Virus record (IMG/VR): IMGVR_UViG_3300033067_000125 | Coordinates: 1 to 24,836 of that record | Source of the DNA: a virus | Lineage: Duplodnaviria; Caudoviricetes | Length of the DNA stretch: 24,836 bases | Direction: 5' to 3' (one strand) | Shown here: positions 7,668-15,591 of the stretch, one piece after another | Position numbering within the stretch: position 1 is the stretch's first letter | Layout of the letters: every line of letters starts with the position of its first letter | Notes under the pieces: generated by a model | Told to the model about the DNA's origin: nothing | The model's input: the letters and a program-made list of their open reading frames with translations, nothing else | The model's database searches: none | Program-made: the position numbers and the translations under genes

Positions 7668-9749
7668 TTATCCTGTCACTTTTGCTTTGAAGGTGCTGAA
7701 ACCTTTTTTGCCGGAGCCTTCTTTGCAGTTGGCTTTTTCGCTGATGGCGTCACCTTCTTCGTTGGTGCCTTCTTTGTAGCTGGCTTTGTCTTTGTCGCTG
7801 AGCTTGGAGTCGCCTTTGTAGGTTGCTGCACCTTGGCCTTTTGGACCTGTGGCTTTTCCAAGCTTACCGGCTCCACCGTCTTGCTTATCGGCTGTGACGT
7901 CGTCTGTGACGTCGACGTAATGCTGGTCAATAAAGTTTGCTTCACCTTCAGAATGAGGTTCCATAATTTCTGCATCATCTTGTTTATCCTTCATGTTTGC
8001 ATGTTTAATTTCTTTAGCGCCCATCTTAACGATTTCTGGTTGCTTTTCTTCATCTAAAACTAAGAAAGATTCATAGTCTGTTGATTCTTTTTTCTGAGCA
8101 GCGTAATAAGCAGCAAGAGCCATTTGCTTACGCTTCTCTGTTGACTTACCAGAGAATTGAGGAGCATCTGATTTAGTAAAATCGGAAATCCATTTTCCTG
8201 CTGATGAGTCTTTTGATAACACTTCATTGATTAGGAGGTCTAATTCTTTTTCATTGAAGAGTTCAAAACCTTCTTTTTTCATGCCATGCGCTTTACCATG
8301 TTCATGAGCTGCACTCATTGCAGCGTTAGGACCACGCTTTTCATAAGCAGACAAATACGCATGAGCACCTTCTTTAGCTTTTGCTGCAGTAGAATAACTC
8401 TTACCACCAGCGTACATTACAGTACCCTTTTCCTTATGCTTTACAATAGGGCGGTGACCACCAAACTGTGATGGTTCTGATGTTGCATGGTAGTCATCTG
8501 CATGAATAGCTTCAGTGATCACTGAATCAAAATCATATTGTGTATCTGCTTTATCATACACATAAACATCGTGGTGTGCTGCGTCTGCTTTGCGAATACG
8601 TTGGTGTGAATGAGCACCTGACTTAGCATTTTGATCTACATTAGTACGTTTTCCATTAGCATAAGTTGCTTTTGGAGCATCCTTAGAATACTTATGAGCA
8701 TTAGGATTGTCTTTGCCTAAACGACCTTGTAAAACAACACGCTTATTAGTACCTTTATGTTGAGCTTTAAGATCTGCTAATTTCTTTTCGGATTCAGCAT
8801 CACCTGGTTTGTGAGTGAATTGGAATGAAGAACTAGTGCGTGCTTGAGCTTCACCGAGCATATCTGAACCGTCATAATATGTACCATCATCAAGTAATTC
8901 TAAGTCAACTGATTCGTTCTTTTTGTCTTTACGCTCTTGAGCTTCATCATCTTTTTGCTTGCCGCCACCATAGCGCACGCCTTGTTTCTTACCAGTGCCA
9001 CCATTAGGTTGAGTAGCGTTCTTGTCTTTAACAGACTTAAGCATGTCATCCCAACCTTCTTCAACTTGCTCAACGGATTCACGTGTTAACTTATTAACTG
9101 CGCGTTTAATTCCTTTATTGCGTTTCTCTTGACCAGCATGAACTTTGTTTTTCATTGGTTCGCCGTAAGGTTTGTGGTCGCTGTTGCTATATGCACTATA
9201 TCCACGATGGAATGCGGTATCAGCTTTGTCATTAGCAGCTTTCTTGATATAGTTACCAAGTGTAGTCTTGCTTAATTCATCTAATTGTTCAAAATCTTCA
9301 GATACCATAAATTCTTGAAGTTCTTCCAAAGAATAGTCTTTAATATCTTCATTCACCGATTCTTTTTTGTAACCGTGAGATGCTAAGTGTTTTTCTAAAG
9401 AATCTTTGTGTTTGAATGCGGCAACAGTAGAACCGTCCTTACGACTATGTCCATATTCTGAACCACCACGCAATGCAGTAATAGTTTCACCAGTTTTTGG
9501 ATGCTTGTATGAACCTTTTTCAAAACCGGTTTTTACTTTTTCAAATCCATGTGCTTTAGCAACTGTGCTAACGGCAGCTTCATCTAATTGTTCAACTTCT
9601 TCTTTGCGAAGAAGTTTAAAGTCATGCTTATCTAGTTTACCATTCTTGTTTTTATCAAGTTTATGTTGATCGCCTTTAAGGCTTTCATCTTTCATCTTCT
9701 TGTAAGATTCAGAGATGCTATCAGTTTTAAAAATACCCCATGTAGTCAT
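7668..9749 (-). CDS. Modular putative internal head polyprotein (693 aa)
   Basis: AAGGA RBS; EF-hand-like loop DKNKNGKLDKHD; basic or His-rich modules separated by acidic linkers ending LDE, VNE, VEE, LGE, ITE, INE. One module is homologous to ORF 15117-15428. Confidence 0.72.
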   Translation of the reverse strand: MTTWGIFKTDSISESYKKMKDESLKGDQHKLDKNKNGKLDKHDFKLLRKEEVEQLDEAAVSTVAKAHGFEKVKTGFEKGSYKHPKTGETITALRGGSEYGHSRKDGSTVAAFKHKDSLEKHLASHGYKKESVNEDIKDYSLEELQEFMVSEDFEQLDELSKTTLGNYIKKAANDKADTAFHRGYSAYSNSDHKPYGEPMKNKVHAGQEKRNKGIKRAVNKLTRESVEQVEEGWDDMLKSVKDKNATQPNGGTGKKQGVRYGGGKQKDDEAQERKDKKNESVDLELLDDGTYYDGSDMLGEAQARTSSSFQFTHKPGDAESEKKLADLKAQHKGTNKRVVLQGRLGKDNPNAHKYSKDAPKATYANGKRTNVDQNAKSGAHSHQRIRKADAAHHDVYVYDKADTQYDFDSVITEAIHADDYHATSEPSQFGGHRPIVKHKEKGTVMYAGGKSYSTAAKAKEGAHAYLSAYEKRGPNAAMSAAHEHGKAHGMKKEGFELFNEKELDLLINEVLSKDSSAGKWISDFTKSDAPQFSGKSTEKRKQMALAAYYAAQKKESTDYESFLVLDEEKQPEIVKMGAKEIKHANMKDKQDDAEIMEPHSEGEANFIDQHYVDVTDDVTADKQDGGAGKLGKATGPKGQGAATYKGDSKLSDKDKASYKEGTNEEGDAISEKANCKEGSGKKGFSTFKAKVTG
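7676..7978 (-). CDS. Overprinted Lys/Ala/Pro/Thr-rich (histone H1-tail-like) protein, 100 aa
   Basis: Alternate frame inside the 3' end of the 693-aa gene; AAGGA 8 nt upstream of ATG; amphipathic N-terminus MMQKLWNLILKVKQ; repeated ATKK/PTKK/SAKK/TAKK/PAKK; 22 Lys versus 2 acidic residues. Confidence 0.65.
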   Translation of the reverse strand: MMQKLWNLILKVKQTLLTSITSTSQTTSQPISKTVEPVSLEKPQVQKAKVQQPTKATPSSATKTKPATKKAPTKKVTPSAKKPTAKKAPAKKVSAPSKQK

Positions 9750-9760
9750 TTTGTTATTCC

Positions 9761-10114
9761 TTAACCTAAAATTTTAGTAACGATATCTGCGTGACCAACG
9801 AGATATCCCAGTACGATTGCACCACCAGCGATCATCCAACGCCATCTTTCAAGAACATCTACTCTACTTGAGATTTGTTTAATGTCTTTTTGAATTTCAA
9901 CTTGGATTTCTTGGTGTTGAGTTTTTGCGGCCTCAGCAGATTTATTTAGTTTGGCATCTAATCTCTGATCCATCGCTTCAATCTTTTCAATGATCTCACG
10001 ATTGCCGGTTGTGATACGCGAATGAACTTCTTTCACGTCAGCTTTGAGGTCTTTAACATCCTCTTTAATGCCTTCGACTTGAATTTCCAATTTAGCTATT
10101 CTTTCAGTTTCCAT
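9761..10114 (-). CDS. Coiled-coil protein with C-terminal membrane anchor (XhlA/holin-like architecture)
   Basis: Heptad-rich METERIAKLEIQVEGIKEDVKDLK..., then LERWRWMIAGGAIVLGYLVG. Start moved to ATG 10114, just after the upstream stop. Confidence 0.6.
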   Translation of the reverse strand: METERIAKLEIQVEGIKEDVKDLKADVKEVHSRITTGNREIIEKIEAMDQRLDAKLNKSAEAAKTQHQEIQVEIQKDIKQISSRVDVLERWRWMIAGGAIVLGYLVGHADIVTKILG

Positions 10115-10115
10115 C

Positions 10116-10808
10116 TCACTGACTCTTCTTAATTGCAAGATCAACGAGGCGTTGAATTGATGTTGATTCTTTTTGCACTTCAGCCTTTAAACGGTTAAAG
10201 ACTTGATCGTCACCAGTGACTAATTCAGTTAGAGTAGTAAATGTAGTTAATAATAAAGTTCGTTGTTGAGTAGATAATGGCTTATTAGCCTTTAGTGTAT
10301 CTATAGCAAGTTTTAATTTGCTTACATCTGACTTATCTACTAAACCTAGTCGAGCTAACATTAAAATACGAAGTTCGCCTTGATCTGATGTCTCATAAAT
10401 CAAACGAGTATATTCTTCTTCAGTACTTTCATGAACACCACCATATTGATGGCTATGCACTGTAGCACCTTGTTTCTTATAGTGAGCAAGGGCAGTCTTA
10501 ACTGCGTGTTCACGACCATGATGTGTTGATACAGTAGCTGTACGCTTTTGCTTAGCAGTAGAACCCTTAGGAGTAATCTCAACATGGATTTTATGCTGCG
10601 GTTGTCTTACTGGATCTGGAACATGGTACTCATCATCTTCACGACCACGACCTAAACCTTCAACAACTTGTGTTTCTTCAGTCTTTACATCGTTCTCATC
10701 TTTAACATCTTTAACTTTGGCACGTACTTTACGACCAGACCTTGGACTAATTTTAAAGTCAGCCGAAACAATCTGATGCAGTTCCATGAATGCTTTAAGA
10801 GTTGCCAT
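10116..10808 (-). CDS. Modular hypothetical protein, possible internal head protein
   Basis: GGAG RBS before MATLKAFMEL (capsid-targeting-like); segments separated by VVE, VHE, IYE; His-rich central module and helical C-terminal domain. Confidence 0.7.
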   Translation of the reverse strand: MATLKAFMELHQIVSADFKISPRSGRKVRAKVKDVKDENDVKTEETQVVEGLGRGREDDEYHVPDPVRQPQHKIHVEITPKGSTAKQKRTATVSTHHGREHAVKTALAHYKKQGATVHSHQYGGVHESTEEEYTRLIYETSDQGELRILMLARLGLVDKSDVSKLKLAIDTLKANKPLSTQQRTLLLTTFTTLTELVTGDDQVFNRLKAEVQKESTSIQRLVDLAIKKSQ

Positions 10809-10809
10809 A

Positions 10810-11064
10810 TTAGTCTCCAAATGCTACAGCCACAGCTTTAATTGCTGCACTTGACGCAATAGTTTCAATAGTTACTTTACGAACATATGAAACTGAACCT
10901 GCTGGAATAGTGCATGTGCCAGTTGTGCCTGCACCATTAGCAACAGTAATCAATACAGCTGCAGCAGTGTCGTTGTAAAGACGAACAAGTTGGGCGCCGT
11001 TTACTGTAGTAGCAGTACTCAATGCAAATTCTTGTCCTACAAGTTTAATGATTCTTTCACTCAT
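10810..11064 (-). CDS. Small beta-rich Ala/Thr/Val protein, possible virion component
   Basis: 84 aa in the late operon, composition typical of small structural beta-sandwich proteins (VRLYN...LITV...TIPAG). Confidence 0.65.
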   Translation of the reverse strand: MSERIIKLVGQEFALSTATTVNGAQLVRLYNDTAAAVLITVANGAGTTGTCTIPAGSVSYVRKVTIETIASSAAIKAVAVAFGD

Positions 11065-11087
11065 TTTAATTTCCCATTAGATGTTGT

Positions 11088-11990
11088 TTAAGCTTTAAAT
11101 GGCTTAATTGATTTTTTATTTATTGATGTATATTCGGCCCAGTTAGTCTTATTCAACATCTCGTTGATAACAGCTTCCTCAACCTTGATCACGTCTTTTA
11201 ACCACTTACGCTGTTTAATACCATTGTAAGTTTCGATAATCACATAGTTAGAACCAAGGCGTTGGATTTGACCAAGCTCCTTTGATTCTTTAATTTCAAT
11301 TACGTCGCCAACCTTGAATAGATCACCATTCACATAGGCTTCTCGTTCTTTACTGAGTGTTGGCAATTGGATGTGTTGTCTAAAGTTGTATGATTCTTTG
11401 AGACCCATTCCTGCTCTAACTGCATTAAAAAGTTTTTGCGCTTCTTTAAATCCGCTTGGTAAGCCTTTTGCAAACAACTCAAAGTTGTTATCTCCGGCTG
11501 CTGCTCGCATTTTGCTTGCAGACATACCACTAACGTCTTCAGCGTCCGGGTCACGCTCACCAGCAGAGACAACCTGTACGCCGCCCTCAAAATTGTAGAA
11601 TCCTGTTGCACGTTTTTCTCCGTTGTATTTGTTCAGAGTTTTATTGAACTCTTCAACACGGTCAGAACCAACGACAAAAGTTACTTGTCTGTAACCTTGA
11701 GCATACAAAGAATCAAGAGCATCAAACGCAGTCTTAATTTTTACATCATTGATGATACTACGCGCATGACGTGGAAACATCTTGCGCATAAATTTAATTT
11801 TTGTATTGTAGTCTAATGGATTCTTCTTAGCATCATGTGATTGAGATGCGTAGATACGATACGTACCTTTAGAAATAGCATGAACTTTTTCAATGAGTTT
11901 CTCATGACCAACTGTAGGAGGATTGAAACGACCAAACGTAAATGTTACGTGGCCAGTAGCCTCTTTCAAATACTCTTTAAAATGTTTCAA
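11088..11990 (-). CDS. HxGH-class (cytidylyltransferase-like) nucleotidyltransferase with capsid-targeting-like N-terminus
   Basis: TFGRFNPPTVGH, KNPL, VVGSDR, SAGERDPD, MSASKMR; TTG start with GGAG RBS; N-terminus MKHFKEYLKE; extra C-terminal SH3-like segment. Confidence 0.85.
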   Translation of the reverse strand: MKHFKEYLKEATGHVTFTFGRFNPPTVGHEKLIEKVHAISKGTYRIYASQSHDAKKNPLDYNTKIKFMRKMFPRHARSIINDVKIKTAFDALDSLYAQGYRQVTFVVGSDRVEEFNKTLNKYNGEKRATGFYNFEGGVQVVSAGERDPDAEDVSGMSASKMRAAAGDNNFELFAKGLPSGFKEAQKLFNAVRAGMGLKESYNFRQHIQLPTLSKEREAYVNGDLFKVGDVIEIKESKELGQIQRLGSNYVIIETYNGIKQRKWLKDVIKVEEAVINEMLNKTNWAEYTSINKKSIKPFKA

Positions 11991-12398
11991 TTACTTTGCT
12001 CCGGTTTTACGAGCAATATCGTCTTGCTTAACGCGACGAAGTAACTTAGTTGAAATGCGCTTAATAGCACCTTTCATACGTTCAAGTCTTTTACTTACTT
12101 GAGCACGTTGTGAAATTGGAATTTGGGAAATAGAACGACCTTGATATAGTCGTTTGACTAAGAGTGATTTTGCTCTTGTCTTTGCGCGACCTTTGATTCG
12201 GTCTGATGATGCCAAACGTTTAGCTTGGATTTTGCGTGCTAGTGAGATTCTAGCTTTACGGCGAATGAATGATGCTTTTCTCTTTAGACGACCAGCGGTG
12301 TCTAAGACTTCATCAATCTGTTGTAGTTCTTCTGTGGTTAGTTCTACTGCGCTCGCAGCTTCATCTAACTCTTGTGAGTATTCTTTAAAATTTAACAT
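11991..12398 (-). CDS. Highly basic putative internal head or DNA-binding protein (135 aa)
   Basis: Start reassigned to MLNFKEYSQELDE. An acidic leader ending IDE is followed by an Arg/Lys-rich helical region. Confidence 0.72.
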   Translation of the reverse strand: MLNFKEYSQELDEAASAVELTTEELQQIDEVLDTAGRLKRKASFIRRKARISLARKIQAKRLASSDRIKGRAKTRAKSLLVKRLYQGRSISQIPISQRAQVSKRLERMKGAIKRISTKLLRRVKQDDIARKTGAK

Positions 12399-12408
12399 GT
12401 GTTTCCCA

Positions 12409-13644
12409 TTAACCGCGACCAGGACTATCCCAGCCTTTGATAATATCTGGATTGAAGTTGTTCGTACTGAACTCGAGTCTGTCAACCAATTTTACAGCCC
12501 CACCACCAATCCTGTCAATAGCAACGAATCCTTCCGCGCCTGTTACCTTAAAGCCTTGCTTTGTTTTAACAAACGTTTTAGTATTATTGATTTGGTTTAG
12601 CTTATTTATAATAATCTCTTTTGCAGCAACGATTTGTTTTTGCAATTCGAACATTTTTGCTAGATCTTCAAGGTGAGCATCTAGACTATTTAGTACTTGT
12701 TGGCGCTTATCAGATTTTGCAGTTTTAGACTTATCTGTTTTAAGTTTATCAATGTCTTTTTGATACTTGTCATGAATAAACTTTAATAGTCCTCTAGCAT
12801 GGTCTCGTCCACTTCCCATTCGCTCAGCTCTTCGGATGTAAGTGTTGTTGTAGGTATTAACGATGGTGTTAAGTTCTGTATCTGAAGAGATAAGATTGAA
12901 TACTCCTCTTCCAATAGACTGGAAGATTTTACCTGCATCGGATAATATCTTCGTGACGTGCTTCGTCTCACTCGAGGTAAGACTAGCTCGTCCTCCAACA
13001 TCTGAGAGTCCAGCTGATACAGCCCAGACCTTTGTAGTTTTCTTGAACGCTTCAACATTGACGCCATAGGATGCTCTCATTTCTTCGAATGATTTACCAT
13101 CGTATGATGTATGGAAGACTACACCAATGTTTGCATTTAGCAAAGCACCAGCCTCATCTTTTGGTACAGCATAAACGATGGTGTTTGGATGGAATGTAAT
13201 ATAATCCTCACCTTCAATAGTTTCACTCTTGAGATCGTCTTGAGTGAACATAATATCGCCTTGCACTACACCTTTAATACCTAACAACTTTAAGTTGTCA
13301 AATGCAATGATGAGTTTCTTTTGAAGGTCGCCTTGTGTATCTGCTTCGATATCAGCATGTGACTTATACACCTTTGGGTTCTTGTTAAAGATACCCTTCT
13401 TAGCGACAAAGAACTTACCATCTTGTGGATCGATTCCAGCAAACACTGCTGGTGCACCATCCCACTTGACTGTAAGTCCTACCTTTGATTCTGTTGCTTG
13501 ATGTCCAGCTAACATATCTCTTAATGATTGAAGAGCGTTAATTGCTTGACGTGCTCCATTGACTCCACCATCAAGGACTAAATCCTCAAGGTGAGTCATG
13601 TGTGTATTCTTTTCTTCAGTTAAATAATTCTTGAATGATTTCAT
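12409..13644 (-). CDS. Ligase-like covalent nucleotidyltransferase-motif protein (411 aa; resembles the family I recall as DUF6267)
   Basis: Start reassigned to MKSFKNYLTEE. TVKWDG, QGDIMF, EGFVA and VKLV occur in the order of ligase motifs I, III, IV and V. Confidence 0.7.
   Translation of the reverse strand: MKSFKNYLTEEKNTHMTHLEDLVLDGGVNGARQAINALQSLRDMLAGHQATESKVGLTVKWDGAPAVFAGIDPQDGKFFVAKKGIFNKNPKVYKSHADIEADTQGDLQKKLIIAFDNLKLLGIKGVVQGDIMFTQDDLKSETIEGEDYITFHPNTIVYAVPKDEAGALLNANIGVVFHTSYDGKSFEEMRASYGVNVEAFKKTTKVWAVSAGLSDVGGRASLTSSETKHVTKILSDAGKIFQSIGRGVFNLISSDTELNTIVNTYNNTYIRRAERMGSGRDHARGLLKFIHDKYQKDIDKLKTDKSKTAKSDKRQQVLNSLDAHLEDLAKMFELQKQIVAAKEIIINKLNQINNTKTFVKTKQGFKVTGAEGFVAIDRIGGGAVKLVDRLEFSTNNFNPDIIKGWDSPGRG
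12603..12610 (-). promoter_or_regulatory. Possible internal T4-type late promoter
   Basis: Exact TATAAATA on the minus strand about 200 nt upstream of the 12398 start; could be chance in AT-rich DNA. Confidence 0.4.
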
Positions 13645-13651
13645 TTTGTTC

Positions 13652-14464
13652 TTACAGTAAGCATTTATAGTTTGCGTTGTTTTCCATAATGTTAACAGTA
13701 GTACCATTGATTGGTGCGATGTTGTATGGTGTTGTGTTTTTAGGCAACGCAAATTCGATAGTAAATGTAAACTGATAACCTTGAGCACCAATTCGTCCAT
13801 TTGACTTTTCAGCAGCATCAGCTTTGGTAATACCCTTTGATTGACATCTTACACGAGCTGTGATTCTGCATGAATCTTCAAACTTTGGCACTAATGGAAG
13901 ACCAGCTTTTTTCATTCTTTCGTTTAAACCTAATGGGTCTTTATTGCCAAGTAAGTAGAAACCATGTGTACCAACGTTTATGTAGTACGTATTCTTAAGG
14001 TTATAATACTTAGTCATTGCATCTGCTGGTAATTGCATCTTGATGTCTGGGCAAGTTTTTAAGTCAGTGTCATAACGTTCACGTAATGGAATCTTTAACA
14101 TTTGACGTTCCCAGTCTTTTGTTCTATCTGAAACATTATAGATCGGTGTATCCCATTTTCTATTGATTTCAGTTAGTACACCAGCAGACTTTGCTAAATC
14201 TGCAAGGAACTGTTTCTCAGTTTCATCATGATCGATGTCACCAAATTTCCAGTGTGGAGTTGAGTTGGCATATGCTTTAATTACAAGACTTCCACCAGCA
14301 GTAGGTGATATCTTTAGTTCGCAACCTGCCTCTTTACCTCTTACAGTAAGCATTAAATCTGGGCGAGTGTGGGATGCACCTGCAGTTACACCATCAGATA
14401 ATCCAAATTTCTTGAGAAACTTGGTTGCATTTTCCTCGTATACGAATCCTTGTTGAGCAGCCAT
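13652..14464 (-). CDS. PD-(D/E)xK restriction-endonuclease-fold protein
   Basis: N-terminal GFVYE helix, then RPDLML-x8-CELK (PD...ExK); first gene after the late promoter. Confidence 0.6.
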   Translation of the reverse strand: MAAQQGFVYEENATKFLKKFGLSDGVTAGASHTRPDLMLTVRGKEAGCELKISPTAGGSLVIKAYANSTPHWKFGDIDHDETEKQFLADLAKSAGVLTEINRKWDTPIYNVSDRTKDWERQMLKIPLRERYDTDLKTCPDIKMQLPADAMTKYYNLKNTYYINVGTHGFYLLGNKDPLGLNERMKKAGLPLVPKFEDSCRITARVRCQSKGITKADAAEKSNGRIGAQGYQFTFTIEFALPKNTTPYNIAPINGTTVNIMENNANYKCLL

Positions 14465-14488
14465 TTTTATTCCATTAAACTATACTGC

Positions 14489-14496
14489 TATTTATA
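14489..14496 (-). promoter_or_regulatory. T4-type late promoter
   Basis: Exact TATAAATA on the minus strand, intergenic, about 25 nt upstream of the 14464 ATG and directly after a terminator. Confidence 0.85.
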
Positions 14497-14523
14497 AAAA
14501 ACTAAGGGCAGCTAATGCTGCCC
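14496..14523 (-). terminator. Intrinsic terminator ending the early cluster
   Basis: Minus strand GGGCAGC-ATTA-GCTGCCC followed by TTAGTTTTTT, just after the peptidase stop. Confidence 0.85.
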
Positions 14524-14527
14524 CGTT

Positions 14528-14944
14528 TTAACTATTTTTTAGATAGAGGTTGTAGAGTGGTTCCTCTAATTCCCTAGCCTCTCGTTCCCAAGAGGAGTTA
14601 TAATGGTCTTTTGTCTTATGGTAAGCTTGTTCATCTATTCGACCAGTACACATTTGCCATACATGAACCAATTCATGAGCTAGACATTTTATGGCAAAAT
14701 CCATTCCTTTGTCACCACGAATATCTACATCAATTTCCTTTGGTTTACCATTATCATATTCTTCGGTACAAAGACAATAACCATCTACATCTTTCTCAAG
14801 ACCTTTGCCTTTGACTGCAATATTGATCGTAACTCGATTTTGTTTACGTCCCATCAATTCATTCAAAATAATACTCGCAGCATTATACAAGATCTCACGT
14901 TTTTCTGTAGTGAGATATGGACTTGGCTTAATGTAAATCATCAC
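14528..14944 (-). CDS. HExxH zincin-like metallopeptidase-fold protein
   Basis: LAHELVHVWQ and downstream WEREA; DGYC strand upstream. Confidence 0.75.
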   Translation of the reverse strand: MMIYIKPSPYLTTEKREILYNAASIILNELMGRKQNRVTINIAVKGKGLEKDVDGYCLCTEEYDNGKPKEIDVDIRGDKGMDFAIKCLAHELVHVWQMCTGRIDEQAYHKTKDHYNSSWEREARELEEPLYNLYLKNS

Positions 14945-15114
14945 TTATTTTTAATGTAGTTAATCAGTTCTTTTGCTTGACTTAGATCACTAAAATCGAC
15001 AGCTGCATCAATCATGTCAAGTTGTTGTTCATGTAGATAATCTAATGTTTGTTGAATGACAACCTGTTTCTTGCGATTGCCAGTAATACGTTTATAATAA
15101 TCTTGTGGATTCAT
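14941..15114 (-). CDS. Small hypothetical protein (57 aa)
   Basis: Manual translation MNPQDYYKRITGNRKKQVVIQQTLDYLHEQQLDMIDAAVDFSDLSQAKELINYIKNK; AAGGAG RBS; fills the gap. Confidence 0.75.
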   Translation of the reverse strand: MNPQDYYKRITGNRKKQVVIQQTLDYLHEQQLDMIDAAVDFSDLSQAKELINYIKNK

Positions 15115-15116
15115 TC

Positions 15117-15428
15117 TTAACTCCTTGCATGAACATACACATCAATACGAGTTGCGTCTTCCATCTTAATAGACTTAATCCATTGGTTCTTGTATTTAGT
15201 AGCATATGCTGGATTGTTTTTACCAAGACGTGGCTTCAATACAACACGATATTGTTTGGGCTTTTGCAAGTCAGATTGTGGATTCCACTTCATCTTATTT
15301 TCATAGTGAAGTCGAGCAATCTTGTTTGATGTAGCAACTGTCTTGCGTACAATCTCAACTGCATTCATATCAGTAACTGAGTTCACATCAGCTGTAAAAA
15401 TGTATGCATCACTAGTACGTTTAGTCAT
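15117..15428 (-). CDS. Early hypothetical protein, paralogous to a module of the 693-aa polyprotein
   Basis: RTSDAYIFT / RVVLKPRLGKNNP / DATRIDVYVH align by eye with RTSSSFQFT / RVVLQGRLGKDNP / DAAHHDVYVY at 8550-8849. Confidence 0.8.
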   Translation of the reverse strand: MTKRTSDAYIFTADVNSVTDMNAVEIVRKTVATSNKIARLHYENKMKWNPQSDLQKPKQYRVVLKPRLGKNNPAYATKYKNQWIKSIKMEDATRIDVYVHARS

Positions 15429-15591
15429 TGTTGTCTTCCGTCAAAAGTTGATTAGTCAATTTGTAGCATTCAGTTTCCACTTCAAGAATCATCTCAAGCG
15501 GATAACCTGTAAGTTTCTCAATATCAGCAGGCCAATATCCAGCACGAATGTATTCAGCAACCTCGAGTTGCATTTCAGCCATCTTACCCAC
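15421..15591 (-). CDS. Small acidic hypothetical protein (possible HTH-like)
   Basis: Probable GTG start overlapping the upstream stop (MGKMAEMQLEVAEYIRAGYWPADIEKLTGYPLEMI); exact start uncertain. Confidence 0.6.
   Translation of the reverse strand: MGKMAEMQLEVAEYIRAGYWPADIEKLTGYPLEMILEVETECYKLTNQLLTEDNND

Noticed and set aside
7644-8057. 137-aa plus-strand hydrophobic ORF
   Set aside because: It is the antisense mirror of the Lys/Ala/Pro-rich overprinted ORF (Lys codons read as Phe); no promoter or RBS, and all credible genes are on the minus strand.
12154-12600. 148-aa plus-strand ORF and the other plus-strand ORFs in the track
   Set aside because: Antisense shadows of well-supported minus-strand genes, with no recognisable motifs.
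13645-13818. Upstream extensions given by the ORF track (also 12399-12485, 10115-10144, 18165-18245, 18421-18459)
   Set aside because: They overlap upstream genes extensively; downstream ATGs give better RBS, coupling and leader motifs.
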